Positions 1-11,107 of a stretch of 64,000 bases of DNA are shown piece by piece. The notes beneath the pieces were generated by a model. The model saw only the letters and a program-made list of their open reading frames with translations, did not search any database and was not told the origin of the DNA. Numbering within the stretch: the first letter of the stretch is position 1; each line of letters opens with the position of its first letter. The stretch covers positions 64,001-128,000 of the forward strand of contig CAVZZA010000003.1 of the NCBI GenBank assembly GCA_963779615.1. The letters are read 5' to 3'. The DNA is from an uncultured Nitrososphaeraceae archaeon (GTDB lineage: Archaea > Thermoproteota > Nitrososphaeria > Nitrososphaerales > Nitrososphaeraceae). The position numbers were made by a program, and so were the translations under genes.

Positions 1-281
1 ATAGAAGCTACAAGGTTTCTATAGGTTAACGTTAAAACTTCATTAAACAACATCGCATCAATTAAGAGTATCATTTTTCCATGTTATTATGTGCTTTGCG
101 GCTTCAATTTTTTTCTTCTTTTCACTTTTTTTACCCTTTAAATTATATTTTCAAATGACGCAACTCGCCCTGTAAATCACAGATCATCCAACAGACAGAT
201 TGTAACGATTATCAAATGCATTGAAATCCTATATCGCCATAAAGGAGGCAAACTAGCAATGTTTTGCAGGCATTCAGTAAT

Positions 282-1715
282 TTAATTATTAATTTTCTGG
301 TACCTTTCATAACATAATTTCATAATAAACGGGATAGTTGAAACTACCATAAGAATCGCCGATATCAGGAAGATGGCCTGTAAAGAGGTCACAAATGCGT
401 CAACTTTCATTGTGTCAATATTTAATGCATCAAAGGATCCTGAAAAGATATTTTGAGTCTCATGTAATGGCATAATATGAGTAAATACCAAAAATACCAG
501 ACCAATGCTGAATGCACTTCCTGTCATAACCAACGTGGTACTTATACCTGCCGCCACTCCTCTTCTAAAAGATGGAACAGAATTCATGATTATAGTTCTA
601 TTAGGCGATGCAAATATTCCCATTCCAGCCCCTACCAAGACCAAAGGCAACACAGAATCATAAAAGGACATTGTTGCACCTACCGAGGAAAGTATAAAAA
701 AACCTGCTGCAGATATAAGCAACCCCGCAGGTGCGATTAAGGTAAAGTTGTATTTATCGTATAACCATCCACTTATTGGCGCAAAGGCAGCCAATGCCAG
801 GGAAACTGGGATCAGATAGATTCCTGCGTCGAGGGAACCGAGTCTCATTGATGGCCCCTGAAGATAAAACACCATAACCAATGTAAAGGCTCCCCTGGCT
901 AATGCGTTGAGAAATATAGCGATATTACTACTGGTAAAAAGATTTATTCTAAATAAAGAAAAATCAAACATTGGTTTTGACACTTTTTTCTCCACAAAGT
1001 AAAACAAGGTTAGTAGGGCAGAGCCTCCCAAAATAACTAAACAAATTTTTAACTGATCAATAACCTGAAATGCCCCAAAAGTTATTCCAACCAAAAGAAG
1101 AAGCATTCCTCCAGAAAATACAGCGTTTCCTAGCCAATCTATTTTCTCTTTTTTAATTGTACCCAATTCTTTTAGCTTGGAGTATGCCCAAAGGGTCGCA
1201 AATATCCCTATAGGCATATTTATCCAGAATATGGATCTCCACCCTAAATATGAAGTCAAAAACCCTCCAAGGGCAAGCCCTATTACAGAACCTACAACTA
1301 TAGATATCTGGTTTAAACCCAATGCTCTTCCCCTCTCATTTTCTGGGAAAACATCTGTAATGATTGCAGCACTATTTGAGAAGAGAAATGCCGCCCCTAC
1401 GGCTTGAACAACTCGAAACATTATCAACTGTTCTCCAGTACTGGAAATGCTACATAGGGCAGAACCGACGGTAAATACTGCAAAGCCCATATTATACAAT
1501 TTGACTCGTCCAAACATATCGGCTAGCCTACCAAAAGTTAAAAGTACAGATGCAGTCACTACCCAGTATCCAATAGCTATCCATACAAGTGTCAGAAGCG
1601 ATGCATGGAGATCGTACGCTATTGCGGGTAAGGCAATGATAACAATGTTTCTATCAAGGGACGCCATTAATGTACCAATTGTAGTATTACTTAACGCCAT
1701 CCATTTGTAATTCAA
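282..1715 (-). CDS. MFS transporter, DHA2 (EmrB/QacA-like)
   Basis: 477 aa, ~14 hydrophobic segments; motif A GRLADMFGRVK, FPENERGRALG, WRSIFWINMPIG. Confidence 0.9.
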   Translation of the reverse strand: MNYKWMALSNTTIGTLMASLDRNIVIIALPAIAYDLHASLLTLVWIAIGYWVVTASVLLTFGRLADMFGRVKLYNMGFAVFTVGSALCSISSTGEQLIMFRVVQAVGAAFLFSNSAAIITDVFPENERGRALGLNQISIVVGSVIGLALGGFLTSYLGWRSIFWINMPIGIFATLWAYSKLKELGTIKKEKIDWLGNAVFSGGMLLLLVGITFGAFQVIDQLKICLVILGGSALLTLFYFVEKKVSKPMFDFSLFRINLFTSSNIAIFLNALARGAFTLVMVFYLQGPSMRLGSLDAGIYLIPVSLALAAFAPISGWLYDKYNFTLIAPAGLLISAAGFFILSSVGATMSFYDSVLPLVLVGAGMGIFASPNRTIIMNSVPSFRRGVAAGISTTLVMTGSAFSIGLVFLVFTHIMPLHETQNIFSGSFDALNIDTMKVDAFVTSLQAIFLISAILMVVSTIPFIMKLCYERYQKINN

Positions 1716-2066
1716 ATTTAGCTATTAGTTTAATAACTGTATTATAAATAATATTTCCAAAGTGCCTTGGCTCACTGTATCCTACGTATAAATTGTTTTT
1801 GAATAAAAAATTATATTGATTGCTGAATAAAAACAGGTAAGCAAAGCCTGTTGTCGTTACTACACAGTTGTGAGACAATTTTGCTAGGATATGGCCCCAG
1901 GAATGGGCTGAATGAAAAAAGAGCAAAAGTGAAATTTAAAATTGGTAGATGCACATGTCAAAACGTGCAAAACACAGCATCACTAGACAATATTGATTTT
2001 GAATTGTATTGCTATGCCTTTTGGCACTAAATGAATTAAGTTAAGTTTTTAAATACACTGTAATAA

Positions 2067-2570
2067 TTGCTGATATTGTACATATCCACATTCATTTTAG
2101 TTTCAATCATGATAGAATTATTGTTATTTACCCTAACTCAAAATAGTAATGCCCAATTGGATTTTCCTACCAATTACACTCTTGACATTAAAATTCAAGA
2201 AAAAAATCAACTAGCCAGTGGTAATCATACTTCTCAGCTATACAGCTCGGGAGCAATCAATACAAATGTGGGCGACTTGATAGGAGCAAAAATTGCCAGG
2301 TCTTCAACCTATATATTAGTGTCAGAAGACCAGGTTTTTCTGAAATTCAATTTAAAAATTCCTGAAGAAATTGGCAGTACTAATTCCAATGTGGAAAAAG
2401 TAGACTTTTTCTTAAAGGTCGATGCCATAAAAGACAGTGAAAATCAAACAAAGACATATGTACTAAAACCACAACAATACAGTAATGCCCAAATAGCAAA
2501 CCATAAGGTTTTAGGAGGATTGATTGACCTTCAAGGAAGTAAAGGCATTTTACGCTTATATTTACTATAG
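2067..2570 (+). CDS. hypothetical secreted/membrane-anchored protein
   Basis: 167 aa ORF with hydrophobic N-terminus ending SNAQ (signal-like); start uncertain. Confidence 0.55.
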   Translation: MLILYISTFILVSIMIELLLFTLTQNSNAQLDFPTNYTLDIKIQEKNQLASGNHTSQLYSSGAINTNVGDLIGAKIARSSTYILVSEDQVFLKFNLKIPEEIGSTNSNVEKVDFFLKVDAIKDSENQTKTYVLKPQQYSNAQIANHKVLGGLIDLQGSKGILRLYLL

Positions 2571-2651
2571 ACATACTTTGAAATTAAATTGCTTTGTTTT
2601 TTTTCACTGACCCTTAAACTCTTAAAAATGATTGTGTACTAAACTATTCTT

Positions 2652-2798
2652 ATGGTCAAACAAGTCTTGCCTTCTTGCAATGTATGCGGCGTCTCAGTTA
2701 TCGATCATGTGGACCCGGAGGTAGAAAAAGAGGGGCAAATTAAAAAAGGAAAATATGTTGATAATGTTTGGGTTTGTGATGATTGCCTAAATAAGTGA
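2652..2798 (+). CDS. small CxxC...CxxC zinc-finger protein (48 aa)
   Basis: Hand translation MVKQVLPSCNVCGVSVIDHVDPEVEKEGQIKKGKYVDNVWVCDDCLNK; below ORF-track cutoff. Confidence 0.7.
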   Translation: MVKQVLPSCNVCGVSVIDHVDPEVEKEGQIKKGKYVDNVWVCDDCLNK

Positions 2799-3106
2799 TA
2801 GCAGCAGATATTTTATTTTTCGTGGTCTAAAGCAATCCCTTATTTGGGATATGGTAAGGAATACAAATCCACTTCAAGGCATTATTGAATATATCGATAT
2901 AATTTACCTCTATTTGAATCCATAGTTGCAATGTTGTGTATTTACGAATAGATCAAGCAATACCAAAGAACGGATAGCCTGTCCACAAGTTACGATTTAA
3001 TTTTGTTTTGTCATGTTCTATTACATAAATTCAGGGATATCCCGCACAGATATTGAAATCAATAGTTGTCGGTTTTTGCGTCATCCACTGTTAGAGGAAT
3101 TTTTTG

Positions 3107-4318
3107 TTAGTCATGAGATTTCTTTTTATCTTTTTTTTGATTAAACATTCTGCTTGAGTATTCAGCCAGTTTCTTCAAAGCCTCGACTCTCTCCCCTCTT
3201 TGTATTTCTGCCCCCTCAATTGCAGAAAATAGATAACTGATAGATTTATCATATGTTTTACGCGCCACAGGATACGGAACACCATCCTTACCGCCATGTG
3301 CAAAATTATACTTTACTGGATCCTGCCATGATGCTTTGCTTCCAAAGATTATTTCGCCTATAAGAGAAAGTGCTCTTACACTTGCTGGTCCTACTCCTGG
3401 AATAGAGATTAGCTGCTCGTAGTTTTGGGGCTGTATGTCGTAAATTTTTTTAAACACGCTCCAGTTAAGCTTGCGAGGCATCTCATAGTGTTCGGTAAAA
3501 TGCATAGTTTCCTTTTTGCCATTAGATACGTAACCTCCATTACTGGCACCATCTGCTGCAATCCAACTGTCTAGGGAAGCATTGTTGGTTTCCGTGGTGG
3601 GCCTTTTTGTTATCTCCACTACTTTGTATGCGGAGGATTGCAAGTTATGAAAATCCCCTTTTGCCAATTCAACACACATTTTTTGATTTTCAACTGAATT
3701 AGTTGATGTCATGTCAAGAGTGTTTGGATTTTTGTGTTCGCTTATAATCCCTACATGAGGTTCAGACACAAAGCTCTTGATATCATCTGAAATCCAATGA
3801 TACCTTCTTGCCATTTTAGTATTTGGGTTCATCCCTTGCTGCACGACAGTCCAATCTCCATATTCATCGAAAAGAATTGCATGATGATATAATGAATAGT
3901 CATCCTGTATTGCGGCACTATCCACCTTTGCTGTCATTCTACTAGCATACAGGAGTTTATCAATTTTGGCTGAAGATAGATTGTAATCCCTCTCTGCGAT
4001 CTGTGGAATTTCATGTTTTGTTTGGGTAGCCTTCTTTCCTTTTCCGCCTGCAATAGATATTCCATGAACACCAGCACTGATTGATTGTTTTAAAACACCT
4101 GTAAGCACAGTTGTAACCCCTGAAGAATGCCAATCAAATCCCAGGACACATCCAAATGCCTGAAACCACAATGGGTCGGCTAATCTATTTAGAAACAAAT
4201 GTTGACCATACTCATCTATAATTACCTTTGATATAGCGTAGGAAAGTCTAGCCATTCGTTGAACCAAATATGCCGGCGCATGCCCACCATGTAAAGGAAG
4301 GTTGATTGTGGAAATCAA
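3107..4318 (-). CDS. DUF763 domain protein
   Basis: LPLHGGHAP, DPLWFQAFGCVLGFDWHSSGVTT, AHGGKDGVPYPV and HhH-like IPGVGP motif. Confidence 0.9.
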   Translation of the reverse strand: MISTINLPLHGGHAPAYLVQRMARLSYAISKVIIDEYGQHLFLNRLADPLWFQAFGCVLGFDWHSSGVTTVLTGVLKQSISAGVHGISIAGGKGKKATQTKHEIPQIAERDYNLSSAKIDKLLYASRMTAKVDSAAIQDDYSLYHHAILFDEYGDWTVVQQGMNPNTKMARRYHWISDDIKSFVSEPHVGIISEHKNPNTLDMTSTNSVENQKMCVELAKGDFHNLQSSAYKVVEITKRPTTETNNASLDSWIAADGASNGGYVSNGKKETMHFTEHYEMPRKLNWSVFKKIYDIQPQNYEQLISIPGVGPASVRALSLIGEIIFGSKASWQDPVKYNFAHGGKDGVPYPVARKTYDKSISYLFSAIEGAEIQRGERVEALKKLAEYSSRMFNQKKDKKKSHD

Positions 4319-5088
4319 GTTCCTAAATTATAGGATATCTAATTCTATTTAATTTATTGTCATGATATACATTATTTCGGTTTTTTCCGGTTTTTTGATT
4401 GTTTAATTCATTGTTTAATCAATAGTACCGTCATCATCTTGGGAGGAACAACCCTTCTGTTTGTTCTCTGTAAAACATTGAGTTTGCCATACCGTGACAA
4501 TTTGTTTATGCTTAGTGATCTTTACCATTACCAATATCTACACCAATGCTCGATATTATGGCCAAACTATCGCCTGAAAAAAGACACGGCATCATGTAAC
4601 CGTTTGACAGAATAATTTTCAAGAGCATATAACAATAAAAAGTGGTCAGGTTCTATTTATTTCCCTTATGTTCGGTTTGGCAAGACATATGAAAATATTG
4701 GATTGAAAGCATTATACAAATAACCCGTAATCAACAGACACCCATGATAACGAGTAAATCTACAGGAATGAAATATTTTTTGAAAAGTTGTTCTTTCTGT
4801 GATTTGATTTCAATTCATAGAAATGCAAACAAACCACTCAACAGGGAAAAAATTTTTTGGCATCTAGTCATATCCATATCATTATTAGGCAATCATGAAA
4901 CAGTTAGCAGGGGAATAAAATGTGCCCGTCTTTTGATTCTTAAAAAATATGTGAACCCAATGCACATTGCATTTGGATTTATTTGGTTTTTTAATAAAGT
5001 AACATTCACCTGCAGGATGAACTCCATGTTTAAAGTTATTGTGTTGTTATAAACGCTTTTTAAAGAAGGGTAATAAAAAAAATTCAGT

Positions 5089-5673
5089 ATGGCTATAATA
5101 TCATTTAAGGGCAAGGAACCAAAGATAAGTCAAGGTTGTTTTATAGCAGATAATTCTACCATTATCGGAGATGTAGAATTGGGTTCACATTCTTCTGCCT
5201 GGTTTGGCACTGTCATAAGGGGAGATGTATTTCATATCCGAATTGGTCGTAATACCAATATACAAAATAACAGTGTCGTTCATGTTACTACCAATAAGTT
5301 TCCAACGTTGGTTGGTAAAAATGTGACTGTAGGTCACTCGGTTACATTACATGGCTGTGTGGTGAATGATAACGTTCTAATTGGTAATGGATCGGTTGTG
5401 ACGGATCAATCTAGGATAGGGGAGTGGTCAATATTGGCAGCAGGGTCGGTTGTAAAGCCAGGAACAAACATTCCCTCAGGAAAGCTTTGGGGAGGGGTAC
5501 CTTCAAAGGAAATACGCGATATCAAAGATAAAGAGAAAGAATGGATCAGAGAATTGTCCAATAATTATGTAAGGTTATCCACTGATTATTTGGAGTCAAA
5601 CAATCTGAGTAACCGGATCATTAAACAAGCAAAAAGGAGACAGGATTACCTAAAATATTTTTTTGTGTTATAG
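5089..5673 (+). CDS. gamma-class carbonic anhydrase family protein (YrdA/CaiE-like)
   Basis: Hexapeptide repeats, IRGD, three Zn-ligand His (VVH, VGH, TLHG). Confidence 0.9.
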   Translation: MAIISFKGKEPKISQGCFIADNSTIIGDVELGSHSSAWFGTVIRGDVFHIRIGRNTNIQNNSVVHVTTNKFPTLVGKNVTVGHSVTLHGCVVNDNVLIGNGSVVTDQSRIGEWSILAAGSVVKPGTNIPSGKLWGGVPSKEIRDIKDKEKEWIRELSNNYVRLSTDYLESNNLSNRIIKQAKRRQDYLKYFFVL

Positions 5674-5830
5674 ATTAATCTTCAATTATTATGTTATCCA
5701 TTGGAGCTGCGCCAACATTTTACCAAATCATCTAAAAATTCTAAATACACTACCAATCAGAATTTTGTGAAATAAATTATTTTTTTATGAACAATGACTT
5801 TAGGTCATACAGTAAATAAACACCATCCTT

Positions 5831-6715
5831 TTACATGCCATCAAATGAAATCCAAATCCCAGGTTGGGTTTTTTTATCTATATATTTCCATATCGTAGGC
5901 GCAATCTCCAGTTCCGAGAAGTTTTTTCTTAGTGAATTGTGCATGTTCAAATAAACCGTATGGCTTGTAACTATTTTGTTGGGTTTTGCCAGTTTGGTTA
6001 ATTTGGCTGCCATACTTATGCCATAACCCAAAATATCAATATATGATTTTTCTCCTAACACATATTGAATAATTGAATGTTCACTAGCGTCAATTCCTAT
6101 CTTTACTTGCAATTGTTCATAATTATTTCGCATTAGAACAGGATTTATTATTTGCTCAAGGATGGCAATCATATATAGAGCACACTTTATTGCAGAATTG
6201 CAAGAGAGAGAATTGCTTTTATCCATAGGAAAATAAGCTATTACTGCATCCCCAACATATTTTAACACCTGGCCATTAAAATTGGATACTGCGACAGACA
6301 TTTCCTGCGTAAACATTTGAATTATCGTAGCTAACTTATCAACAGAAAAATTCCTTGTCATTAGTGTAGAGTCGACTAAATCGACATAAAGTACAACAAG
6401 TTTCAGTTTGGAACCTACATGCTGCAACAAAAACTGTTCAGATGTTTCTATTTTGGGACTCAGTCCAGAGCCTTTTTCAAACGCTTCCAAGATCCTGGTC
6501 TCAGTTTCCGTAATATGTGTTTGAAAATCCGTGATTTGTGGAAAACTATTGTGATTGAAAGGAACTTGTTTGTCTTTATCATGCATGTGTTTTTCTTGGC
6601 AATTTATGTGGTTGATTACAACAGACGCATCTTCTCGCACACCTCTCCAACACATACTAAAGTCCAACTTTTTTCCCTCAGAAATATACTCATTGAAATT
6701 CGGCCCTGAGAACAA
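5831..6715 (-). CDS. class III adenylate/guanylate cyclase
   Basis: LYVDLVDST, VLKYVGDAVIA, VKIGID, DILG. Confidence 0.85.
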   Translation of the reverse strand: MFSGPNFNEYISEGKKLDFSMCWRGVREDASVVINHINCQEKHMHDKDKQVPFNHNSFPQITDFQTHITETETRILEAFEKGSGLSPKIETSEQFLLQHVGSKLKLVVLYVDLVDSTLMTRNFSVDKLATIIQMFTQEMSVAVSNFNGQVLKYVGDAVIAYFPMDKSNSLSCNSAIKCALYMIAILEQIINPVLMRNNYEQLQVKIGIDASEHSIIQYVLGEKSYIDILGYGISMAAKLTKLAKPNKIVTSHTVYLNMHNSLRKNFSELEIAPTIWKYIDKKTQPGIWISFDGM

Positions 6716-6922
6716 GTTTCTATGTTCTATAAGAAATCCTTACATAAAAAGCCAATCTAATCTTTTTAGCATGGCAGCCTCAATAATATGTTCTAAACCC
6801 AAAAAAATAAAAATTAACAATATATCCTATTACAATATGGCTATAACGTTCCATTACATTTTATTCAAGAAACAATTAAAGAGTCGGTCAGTGTAATTCT
6901 ATATGGAAACCAGTGTATTATA

Positions 6923-7765
6923 ATGGAGTATGCGTATTCTAACGTCTTGGTTAGTACGCAATGGATAAACGACCATTTAAAGGATCCAAAAGTACGAATT
7001 ATAGAGGTTGACTATAATCCCTCCACAAGTTACTTACTCGGTCACATTCCAGGAGCAGTACTCTTTGACTGGAAACTAGAATTGGTTGACTCAACTAAGC
7101 GTGACATAATTTCAAAGGAGGTTTTTGAGGACCTAGTTCAAAAAGCTGGCATAAACAATGAAACCATACTGATTGTTTATGGCGACTTCAAGAACTGGTT
7201 TGCAGCATTTGCCTTCTGGATATTCAAGTATTATGGCTATGGCGATATCAGGTTGATGAATGGTTCACGTAAGAAATGGTTTGAGGAAGACCGGCCATTT
7301 AGTATGGACATTCCGACTTATACAAGAGGGACATTCAAAGCCTCCTCCCCTAATAAAAGCATAAGAGTTTTGATGGACTATGTAAAAGAATCTATTGGTT
7401 CTCAGGGCAGAGTACTGGTTGATGTTAGAACCAATGATGAGTATGATGGAAAAACTTTAGCCCCATCAGAATATTCTTCGGAATACGGTCAGGTCGGTGG
7501 ACATATTCCAGGTGCAGTGAATGTACCTTGGAGTTGGATGGTATATGATGACGGCACCTTCAAGTCTGCAGAAGAGCTAAGGAAAATATATGAATCACAT
7601 AGTGTCACGCCAGATAAGGAAGTCATAACATATTGCGGGATAGGGGAGAGGGCATCTTTTACCTGGTTTGTTCTGACATATCTTTTAGGGTATCCTAATG
7701 TAAAGAGTTACGACGGATCATGGCTTGAGTGGGGAAACAGCCTTGGTAACCCTATTGAAAAGTAA
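6923..7765 (+). CDS. thiosulfate/3-mercaptopyruvate sulfurtransferase (tandem rhodanese)
   Basis: GHIPGA twice, active-site YCGIGERA, C-terminal YDGSWLEWG. Confidence 0.92.
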   Translation: MEYAYSNVLVSTQWINDHLKDPKVRIIEVDYNPSTSYLLGHIPGAVLFDWKLELVDSTKRDIISKEVFEDLVQKAGINNETILIVYGDFKNWFAAFAFWIFKYYGYGDIRLMNGSRKKWFEEDRPFSMDIPTYTRGTFKASSPNKSIRVLMDYVKESIGSQGRVLVDVRTNDEYDGKTLAPSEYSSEYGQVGGHIPGAVNVPWSWMVYDDGTFKSAEELRKIYESHSVTPDKEVITYCGIGERASFTWFVLTYLLGYPNVKSYDGSWLEWGNSLGNPIEK

Positions 7766-7958
7766 GATATATTAGTTAAGGTCACTTTTTCTGAAGTGCT
7801 TTGTGTTTGATTTATATATAATATCATGAAAATGTAAGATACAAATTTTATTGGCCAAAGATACTTAATTTGGTTCTGTTCACTTATAGTGCGTTATTTC
7901 TGGGTGGTCAAAATGGGGCAGTAACTAGATTATATACTATATTGAATAACAGGTATCA

Positions 7959-8114
7959 ATGAGCGATATTATAGATGATGCAACAAAGAAAATAAAAAAC
8001 ACCCAACAAGACTCCAAAGCAAAGGCTGAAACTGCAGAAGACCACGCAGAAGGAAAACCAAGTTCTGAAACACTTAACAAGGCAAAAGAAAAGGCAAAAG
8101 ACGCCCTCACCTAA
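7959..8114 (+). CDS. small hydrophilic LEA/CsbD-like protein (51 aa), paralogue of 39076..39228
   Basis: Hand translation MSDIIDDATKKIKNTQQDSKAKAETAEDHAEGKPSSETLNKAKEKAKDALT; TATA-like TTATATA ~30 nt upstream, T-run after stop. Confidence 0.75.
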   Translation: MSDIIDDATKKIKNTQQDSKAKAETAEDHAEGKPSSETLNKAKEKAKDALT

Positions 8115-8150
8115 TTTTTTTCTATTCATCATTAAGAAGACCAATATTTA

Positions 8151-8543
8151 GTGTGGCAGAAATCAACAACCATCATAACGTATGGAGAATGGATAAACGC
8201 TATCTTAGTTTTTATATCTATTCCATTAACAATCTATTTTGTAAAACTAGAATTCATGGTAAAGGATTTAGAAAAACACCCTTTTCTAGATGGTATTAAA
8301 GAAGAAAATAAACAAGATGCCATAAATGCCTATAAAAAAGAAGGACAATAGGCGATTCAAAAGGAGATAGTTCACAAAATGATTCAACTAAATCCTAATG
8401 AAGTAGAAAAAAGAGACAATTCTGTAGAGAAATTTAGGACAAATCCACTCACTAAACCAAAATCAAAAGAATTAAAACGAATACCAGAAAAGGAAAAACA
8501 ACAAGCTATAGAACAGGCGATATTGCACCTCTATATGGAATAG
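8151..8543 (+). pseudogene. single-TM protein interrupted by an in-frame TAG at 8349-8351
   Basis: Frame stays open after TAG (AIQKEIVHKMIQL...KEKQQAIEQAILHLYME); EGQ*AIQ parallels later KQQAIE, suggesting CAG>TAG. Confidence 0.45.
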
Positions 8544-9070
8544 GGTTGTGATTGGGTGTGATAACAGATTATCCATCTGATAACGAAAGCTTGTGGGAAA
8601 AAATCTTTAAAAATTGAAGTTGTCTCTTTTTAAGGTTTTGTAAAGAAGCAAACCCCAGTTCTGTTGTTTCTTATGTTGTTTAAATCAGTTGTTGGGATTC
8701 AGTTAGTAAGATAAATAACAGGTAATGGTATTGACAAAACGACAAAAAGAAAACTTGACATCAAGAAAAAACATGTTTCCAAATTTTAGTAAAGGTTTAT
8801 ATACCTTTTTCCCCTATAAAAATAATGATAAAAATTAATAATTGTAGATATTGTAATCATGAAGCAGGAGAACATGGTATTTTTAGAGGTTCCGATATTA
8901 ACGAAACACATTCTTGCAATAGATATGATTGTCGTTGTAGTCAATATATAAATTAAATAATTTTTAGGTTAGTCAACCATTTGCCATCCTAACCAAGTTG
9001 ACAGAACCAAATAACATAAATAGTTGTAGACAAAAGCCCATAATCAAAAAATAAGGTGTAGGTTAAGGTT

Positions 9071-10039
9071 GTTTAGTTGCTCAACCCTTGATTAAGCAAC
9101 CGTTTGCAACCTAGGCCAATAAGACGACCAATCCAGCTATGGAAAGACCCGTTGACAGGTTGTCTAGTAGATTACAGATATTGCATCTGATATCCATATC
9201 ACCTACTTTGTATTCAAGAACAATGAATGTTTCTTCCAATCCTTGTTTCAACATATAGTGAGTTTTCTTATTGGGCCATAGCCGATGGGTTTCCAAGGGT
9301 GTGGCTGGTTTTGGTCTAACCCTGGCGTTCCTCCTTGCTTTTGTGCAATGGTAAATACAACTGCCTGCTAGACATTCAAAAATATCATTAATGCCATAGT
9401 CCCCGTCCGCAAATAGCTTACCTGTTATCTTATCATTTGATTTTGCAATATCTTCTGCCTTCAGGCAACACTTTGCCATCATGTAGATGCTCATTGGTTG
9501 CCTTCATCGACAAGGTTTTCTTGCTTTTTACATTTGCTGCAGCATGGATTTTCAGGCATCCTTTTTTCTTATCTTCCGTATTTCGTTCTTCCACTGGCCC
9601 CTGTTTGTTACCCTGATGACAGCGCTGCATATTGCAATTATGACAGGTTGATTGTTGAGTTCTTTGCTACGGTAATCATCATCGTTTATTTTGACACCCT
9701 ACCCGTTTGTTCTTCTGCTTATTGCACTGTAATTGGGGGTTGACGGAACTTTTCCATGAGCATGTCCTTTTGCAATTCCCTCCGTTTGCCGATAGGGAAC
9801 ATGAAAAGTACGCTTTGGAATACCCAAGGGGAAAAAGAAATGTGTTGGGATATGAGATGGTTCGCTCACCAACCTATCTCTGTTCATATCCTTTAGTTCT
9901 TTCCCAGTTGTCAATGACATCAAAATAAATCAGTGTTTCGCCAAGTTTACAAGAGATTGGTTGTGTTCTGACCATTTCACATGGTTCCTTAAAAAATACC
10001 ATCTAAATGCATTTGGAACTGCTAATCATGCAACAAACC
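9071..10039 (-). mobile_element. IS5-family (IS903 group) element, decayed transposase
   Basis: Fragments FHVPYRQTEGI, KIHAAANVKSK, HLHDGK, LFADGDY in several frames; end CATGCAACAAACC resembles TIR of 42120-43119; left end degenerate. Confidence 0.8.
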
Positions 10040-10110
10040 AATTACGCAAGAGATCTAATGTATTTAATATGTGATTCATTAAAACTGTTATATGGGTAGT
10101 GTAAGCTAAA

Positions 10111-10587
10111 ATGGAGATAGGAAACTTTTATAACAAATACAAAGATTATATTCTGTTTAACAAAAATATCATCATTTCGGGGGTGTTTGCATTCTTTGGT
10201 GGAGCCCTATTCACGCAGATATATACCCAATATGATAACAACAATCTTGCCAATTCTCTTACCACCCTCCTAATAGAATATGGGATTTACATCCCACTCT
10301 TTGCGTTTTTATATTATGTGGATAACAGAAAGAGGTATATAGAACCCTCTACAGGAAAGAAGGACCATAGCAAGATAAAGAGTGATATAAAAAAACTAAT
10401 TGCTGCATTTTCCGTCTCCGAGGTTATATTCTCTTTTGCAAAGGTAACCATTCATTATGAATTACTCCAATTTAAGATAGTAGAACCATATCAGGCATCA
10501 ATGATTGGTTCTCTAATAGCATGGGTAATATTTTTAGTATCAATAAACTTGAGTGTAAAGGCCGTGAAACTTTTTCGTTCTAAATGA
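10111..10587 (+). CDS. hypothetical membrane protein (about 4 TM)
   Basis: 158 aa ATG ORF, hydrophobic segments, TTATAT box ~25 nt upstream. Confidence 0.7.
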   Translation: MEIGNFYNKYKDYILFNKNIIISGVFAFFGGALFTQIYTQYDNNNLANSLTTLLIEYGIYIPLFAFLYYVDNRKRYIEPSTGKKDHSKIKSDIKKLIAAFSVSEVIFSFAKVTIHYELLQFKIVEPYQASMIGSLIAWVIFLVSINLSVKAVKLFRSK

Positions 10588-11107
10588 GACCATGCTTTAA
10601 AATACTACGGCATCCAATGTTATCTCGGTTTTTCAATGGACTGTGTTTTGCTTTTTTGTACAATTTATTGTAATATATTATATGAATTGAGGTTTTTCCC
10701 TTGTTGTTTTAGGTCATTGCATAAAAAAAACCAAATAACGAAACTAAATTACTATTGCATGTGGTTCACTTTTTTTGCATTCTTGTTTTCACAAAATCCC
10801 ATTTTAAAGAACAGTTTTTGTAACACAGTGGTGGAGGCAGAGCCGAAATCGATTCTCCAAGAATACCACACTACGCATTATAACAATCAGGTTCCAAGTT
10901 TTTGGTCAAAAGATTGACCTAATTGTGAAATAATTAAATTTAGACATCTTATTTCAGAAGATTTAGAAAAAACAAGAGGTGCGTTAACTAAAACTATTCA
11001 GATGGTTGTATATTTGATAAATTGAGGCTTGCATCATATGATCATCTTCAATTTATGGATATATCCCCAAAGACCACCACCACCATTTCAAGATTCATCA
11101 GTTCCAA

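Noticed and set aside
5089-6715. Bicarbonate-sensing unit of carbonic anhydrase plus adenylate cyclase
   Set aside because: Genes are convergent, and the cyclase has Asp (DILG) rather than the Thr typical of bicarbonate-activated class III cyclases
7956-8144. 62-aa hydrophobic minus-strand ORF from the track
   Set aside because: Antisense shadow of the LEA-like gene, which has a paralogue and promoter on the plus strand
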